From contig JAUPSS010000001.1 of NCBI GenBank assembly GCA_040285825.1, positions 868,001 to 932,000 of the forward strand: a stretch of DNA of 64,000 nucleotides. Direction: 5' to 3'. The stretch comes from Eukaryota sp. TZLM1-RC (taxonomy: Eukaryota > Protista > Metamonada: BaSk clade). Positions 58,872 through 64,000 of this stretch are shown in pieces. The notes under the pieces were generated by a model that did no database searches, was not told the origin of the DNA, and was given only the letters and a program-made list of their open reading frames with translations. Each line of letters starts with the position of its first letter. Position 1 is the first letter of the stretch. Position numbers and translations under genes: made by a program.

Positions 58872-61800
58872 GACACAACTGCTTTTATTAGTGTAGCATC
58901 TGTAATTTCTTTTTTCTCATGTGGATTAGTATTAATTGCTACCTTCTTTTACCCTTCACCTTGGCTGATTCCGTTGCTGATATATGGAATGATTCTGATT
59001 ATTTTTAAATTAAGAACTTGTGGTTTTAAACGAGGTTATAGAGTTTTATTATTTTCTATTATTTCAATTAATTTAACATTTATTTCCTTTTCTAAACAAC
59101 CAAGAGCTGTGACGTTACTTTCAGCAGCTTTCTTTCTATTTTTGAACCCTTTTGGTCTATTGGTGACGTTTTCGCCACGTCAGCATAGGTACTTCTTGAA
59201 ATTTTTGAGAATTATTTAGTAGGAAGCTGCTTTATCTAATAACCTCAATTTTAACAATAACTCGATTAACAATTACTTATTTATCAATAGCATTGCCTCA
59301 AGATTTTATTAAAAGTCCCATATTTAAAATATTTGCATTACCCTCACTCAACCATTGTGACTCTGTTTTTTGTCTAGAGCATGCTTTAATTTTATTACCT
59401 TTGGTTATTCAATTAATCATTTCTACCTCTTTCATCAAATCACCTTCCCCATCAATCACGTCGCCTGTGATTGCTTTATTTACATCGCAATTCCAACTAC
59501 TTGGCCCAGCTTTCATGCATACAGTGGCAGTAGTGTTTGCTTGGGTATCTATTCTATCTATAAGAGATCCTTTTTCTATTATTCTAGGAGCTTCCTGTTT
59601 AGGCTTTCTTAGTTCTCATCATTGGAGACATCGGAAAAAACTTGTTTGGTTGGTTCTGTTGGGGTTAGTGTTTGGGGTTGTTTCCAAAATTTTGTTGTCT
59701 TCTTTATGTGATCTCTATCCTGATCTCCATTCTTCATGGCCAAAATTTTACGAATTTTTCGGAGTGTCTTGCACATCCAACTCTTTCCTTTTTCACTTCA
59801 GTTTCCCCATTTTAGCCATATTTTGCCTTTATAGGTCCATGGCCAATCCCCTTGACTTGAGCTTATACTGCCCCGAAACTGAGGATGAAGTTTCTCCCAT
59901 CGCTTTTAAAATTGAAAAGTTTTTGTTACCGCTTTTAAGACCTTGTCTAATTATTTTATTGTTCTTTATCGGTGTTCAACGTGCATCTGTTCCTGCTTTG
60001 CTTTACGTAATTGTAGCACTTTGGTTGGTGTATTCGGACTCTGTTTTTACTGAGCTGAAAAGGGCAAAAACTTTTACGTTTTGTTTGTATATTTTAAACT
60101 GCTCTGTTTTGATTTCACAATCAATATTTCAGTTGAGCTTTTTCAGTGAATCTTCTGATCTCTTCTCGATCTCTTCTATTCTAGGTCTAGATCAATACCA
60201 TTCTTACTACTCGGCGCTCAAATTATCAGCTTCACTATTGGATTTCATTGTCCACGGCATCTCTTCTTCTTTGGATGTATTGGTTTACTCTGCTTTCTTT
60301 AAAAGATATCTTTCTTCAGTTAAAACCAGCAGAGATTTGGCCATCCAACGAGTCTTGGATGATGAAAAGTTAAGTAAGCTTAGGCGGGAAAGGATTTTAA
60401 AGCAACAGTTAACAGAGAAAGAAGCTACTGAAAGCAGATTGGAAATGTTAAAGTCAAAAAGACTTGGTAAAAGAGATACATCAACTCGTCAAATATTTGA
60501 AGAAGAGATCAAAGCACATCAGGACGGTTTAAGTGACTTGTCAAGTAGTGCAGAAGAGATCAAAAAGGATCATGATGACCTGTCTGGTCAAGAGAAGTCA
60601 AGTGACGTTGACGTATCTACTGATCAGAAACTTGAAGAAGAGATCACATCAGATCAAGATGACACGTCTGAGCCTCAACCATCATTTTTACTTCGAATGG
60701 CAACCAAACTTCAGTCAATCATTTTGAACTTCTTCAATATCAACATTTCTGACCTACCACCACGTCATCAAACGTCACCATTACGTTGGTTAAAGCACAA
60801 TATCTATAGATACTCTTCTGTATTGTCTTGCTTGCTGTGCTATCTCGCTGCTTTGTGGTTTCCTTCTATTCCCACCGTGATGATTGCTTTCACCACGATC
60901 ACTTTTGGTTTAATGTCCAAATATGGAGGCAAAGCTAGGTTTTGGCAGTTTATTTTGGGAATTTATCTATCTTTATTATTAATCCATTACATTTTCACCT
61001 TTCCTTTCTTTTGTTTTTGCGTTTCGCCATCAGATTCAATTACCATTTCCTTTGGCAAGTCATGTCTAGATCCCACCAAGTGTCCTGTTCCAAGGGAGCT
61101 TATCGATCCATCAAGTCACCCCTCAGCCCTAAGTTCGCAACTCATTTACCTTGTTGGTATTGCTCCTATTGGTAGCTTCCTCTTCTCCTACCCTCCCTTG
61201 CTGATTGCTGCTTTGGGTATCGTTCTTCATCGTTCTATCTCGTTTAGAATGGGCAGGTGGGGAATTGATGTAGAGGAGAGAGTTGGGGTTCGTCAAGTTT
61301 GGGGTAGGGTCGTGGTCTTCTTCAAGACTCTAATGGAGAAGCGTTTCGACGCTATTGGAGTAGACCTCTACCCATTTATGTTTTTTATTGATATTCTTCA
61401 GTTAATTGCGCTTCCATTTGCCTTTTTTAGTAGCTCAACAGCTTCCCAGTCGGTAATCCAATCGGTCCAGCTCAGTTATTTACCTGGTTTCCTTGCAATT
61501 TGGTTGATTGTTCAGTTTCTGTTAATCATTATTGATAGAACTCTTTTCTATTTGAGATTCGCAAGACTCAAAGCTCTGGTTCATTTCATTTCTAATTTCA
61601 CTGTGTTAATTGTTTTTTGTTTAATTTTCCCCCGCAGTGATCACGAATTACCAATTAATGCACCTTTTCTCCTAGTCGCGGCCTTTCTGCGGTTTGTGGC
61701 TGCCGTGTTGAGCTCTCTACAACTTCGTTTTGGTTTTCCACCGCCTTCCTCCAAAGCCTTTTTGATGAAGTCTTACGGTTCTTTTAATAATTATGGATAC

Positions 61801-62945
61801 CAAGCCTTTAGAGTCATTCCTTTTCTTTATGAAATGAAATGTTTGTTGGATTGGTCTTTGACTACTACTGCTTTGGAATTTAATTACTGGATGCGAATAG
61901 AAGATATTTATTCATCGTTGTTTTTAATCAAATGCAGAAGGTTATCTACAGCGAAAAGGGGTCGAAATTTTGGCGACCCACAACCAAAATTTGACAAATT
62001 TTCGCAAGGATTTCTTTTGTTTTTCGGTCTTACGCTTTTATTATGTTTGCCCTTATTTTATTTAGTTCTGCTAACCCAGTCTTCAAACCAAACCCTATCC
62101 AACAGGCCAGTATTGATGTAAGTTTCAATAACTACTTGCCCATTTTCTCTCAGCATGAAGTGCACAAAGTCGATGTTATCCCGGCTACACAATACAATGC
62201 AATTGTTAACCAACACTCCTTGCTCCGCGATTCTAACCGTGCAGATGTACGAAAGATTACCTTTTTCACTTCATCTGATTCTGTGTGGACCATTGCTCCT
62301 CCTGCCATGAACGGGCTAGTAGAAGCTTTGGAGGATGGAAGGGGAATAGTGTCTGTTACTTTGTCGTTTAACAGACACTATCCAAGCGATAGGAGGACAG
62401 CAAAGGGATGGTACTCGTTCAATTTAGATCATGAACATTGTTTAGAGTTGGCCAAGTTATTTTCTGGTGATTTAGAAGAAGTAACAATACCTTTACTTCC
62501 AAGAGCTGCATTAATTCCTCTGGCCGAATCACCAATCTTTTCTGATCAACGTGAGGATACTCTCATTCAGCGCAGAGAACGTGACGGACAGACTTATTGG
62601 TTGATCAAGGATGCTGATTCAAGAGAACCATTCTATATGTATACTTATAGTTTAGAATCGACCGCTGCACTTGGTGCTTATGCCAGCGGGGGTTTGATTG
62701 GATTGTATCTATCAATTGTGATTGGTGTTGGTAGGTTTGTTCGACTTTCATTTTCGGACAGCAAATCCCAAATTTTTGTTTCGGCTCTCCCAAATGTGGA
62801 TAAATTACTTGAAATCTGTGAGGATTTGTTCCTGGCCAGGAGTATCTCAGATTTGGTCCTTGAAGAATCAATTTACAAGGAAATCATTCAGATATATAGA
62901 GATCCAGATACTTTGATTGAATTAACCACACCACCAGTTAAATAG
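58867..62945 (+). pseudogene. Piezo copy 2 (5' truncated, internal deletion at ~59218, frameshift near 62055)
   Basis: Near-identical to 9590-9943 plus 10828-14557. Confidence 0.88.
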
Positions 62946-63755
62946 TTATTGGTGATAGGTAGTTAATTTAAATAGTGTTTTCGTGCTATATCTTTTGAAT
63001 AAATAAAGCAGTATCTTTTTGAGCTACTGTCTCGTTATCCGCTACGTTAACTCCAATAATCAATTTCAACAAAATGGTTTTAAAACAAGCTTTTCATGGG
63101 ATGGATGCTCTTTAATTGAGCGACTTTTGAGCGTTAAACAAAGCTTTTTCCTACTGTATTTGGAATGGTAGCATCCGATACAAGACGTGATGTGAAGTAA
63201 TGTCAAATACTACAATGTTGTGAATTTCCAGATGATAGAAGAAAAAATGGCTACCAAAAACACATTAAACTTCTATTGATGATACAGCATATTTATTGGT
63301 ATTCAGCTCAAAAATCAGAATAATAACAAGTAATCTCTCACCAATTTTAAGGGACATTGTTATTGCACAAACTACCTAACAACTCTTCGAAAATTGAGAA
63401 AAAAGGCACACAGTGTTTTTTCCCTATTTTTTTTGGATTCAACAAACATTGAAATCAGCAGTGATTTAATTCCTCGATTTTGCATTTACTGTCTATGTGT
63501 ATGTAAGGTTGTCAAAACACAACGGAATGAATCATGAAAAATAAAGTTTGAACTTTCTGGATACAAATTTGGACTCTTTGTGACTGAAATTGACTGAGGA
63601 AATTTTGAAGTTGCAATTCCCAAAAAATTGGACAATTGAACTGCGAAGACTAAAAAGATGTTGTGAAAGCAGCCAAGTTATGAAAATGGACATAAAATTC
63701 TTATTTGATCAGTGTTCCGGCCATACAAACAAAACTAGAGTTTTAGATCATCTTT
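62946..63755. repeat. Duplicate of the Piezo downstream region 14558-15365
   Basis: Colinear near-identity, diverging after TTTAGATCATCTTT. Confidence 0.85.
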
Positions 63756-64000
63756 AAGTACACTCTTCGAACATTACAGAAAAGATTGACTGGAATGTAT
63801 GAAAAAGATCTTTATAATAATATATGCAGCTCGGCTGTTTTAAATCAAGATCTTCAATCATTGTTATTGGAAAAGGGTGTTTGTGAAAATAAGTCATCAG
63901 ATTCTTCACTTTTTGTAACTATTGTACCACGAAGATTTGGATTGTGTGCCACTAATGAAACATTTGTAACAAAAATGAGATTATATTTGAACAAATATAT

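Overview
AT-rich, apparently intron-poor eukaryotic (probably protist) DNA. It is built from about four rearranged tandem copies of a cassette (units start near 1, 18850, 30740 and 45650). The cassette carries a tRNA-like Pol III element, RLE-type (CRE-like) non-LTR retrotransposon debris, a TIR element, an IS607 TnpA/Fanzor2 remnant, a YhfI-like MBL hydrolase, a coiled-coil/bacterial-type PARG/PBZ gene, Piezo and a RING-kinase-coiled-coil-LRR gene. Each copy has different deletions and insertions. Highlights: (1) an ~8.5 kb NCLDV-like gene block (dNK, WLM protease, Nudix, RING-IBR, very divergent RPB2, TFIIS-like zinc ribbon, shared promoter-like motif) that starts exactly at a terminal inverted repeat; the same TIR bounds two ~506-bp mini-elements; (2) kinase-LRR paralogs whose 84-bp repeats are hypervariable at four codons and reshuffled between copies; (3) a Fanzor1 pseudogene with an intact RuvC triad and a structured omegaRNA-like 3' region; (4) independent LINE insertions that repeatedly hit the same two short windows of the PARG gene in different copies. 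All family calls come from motif recognition by eye; no database search was run, and many boundaries are approximate.
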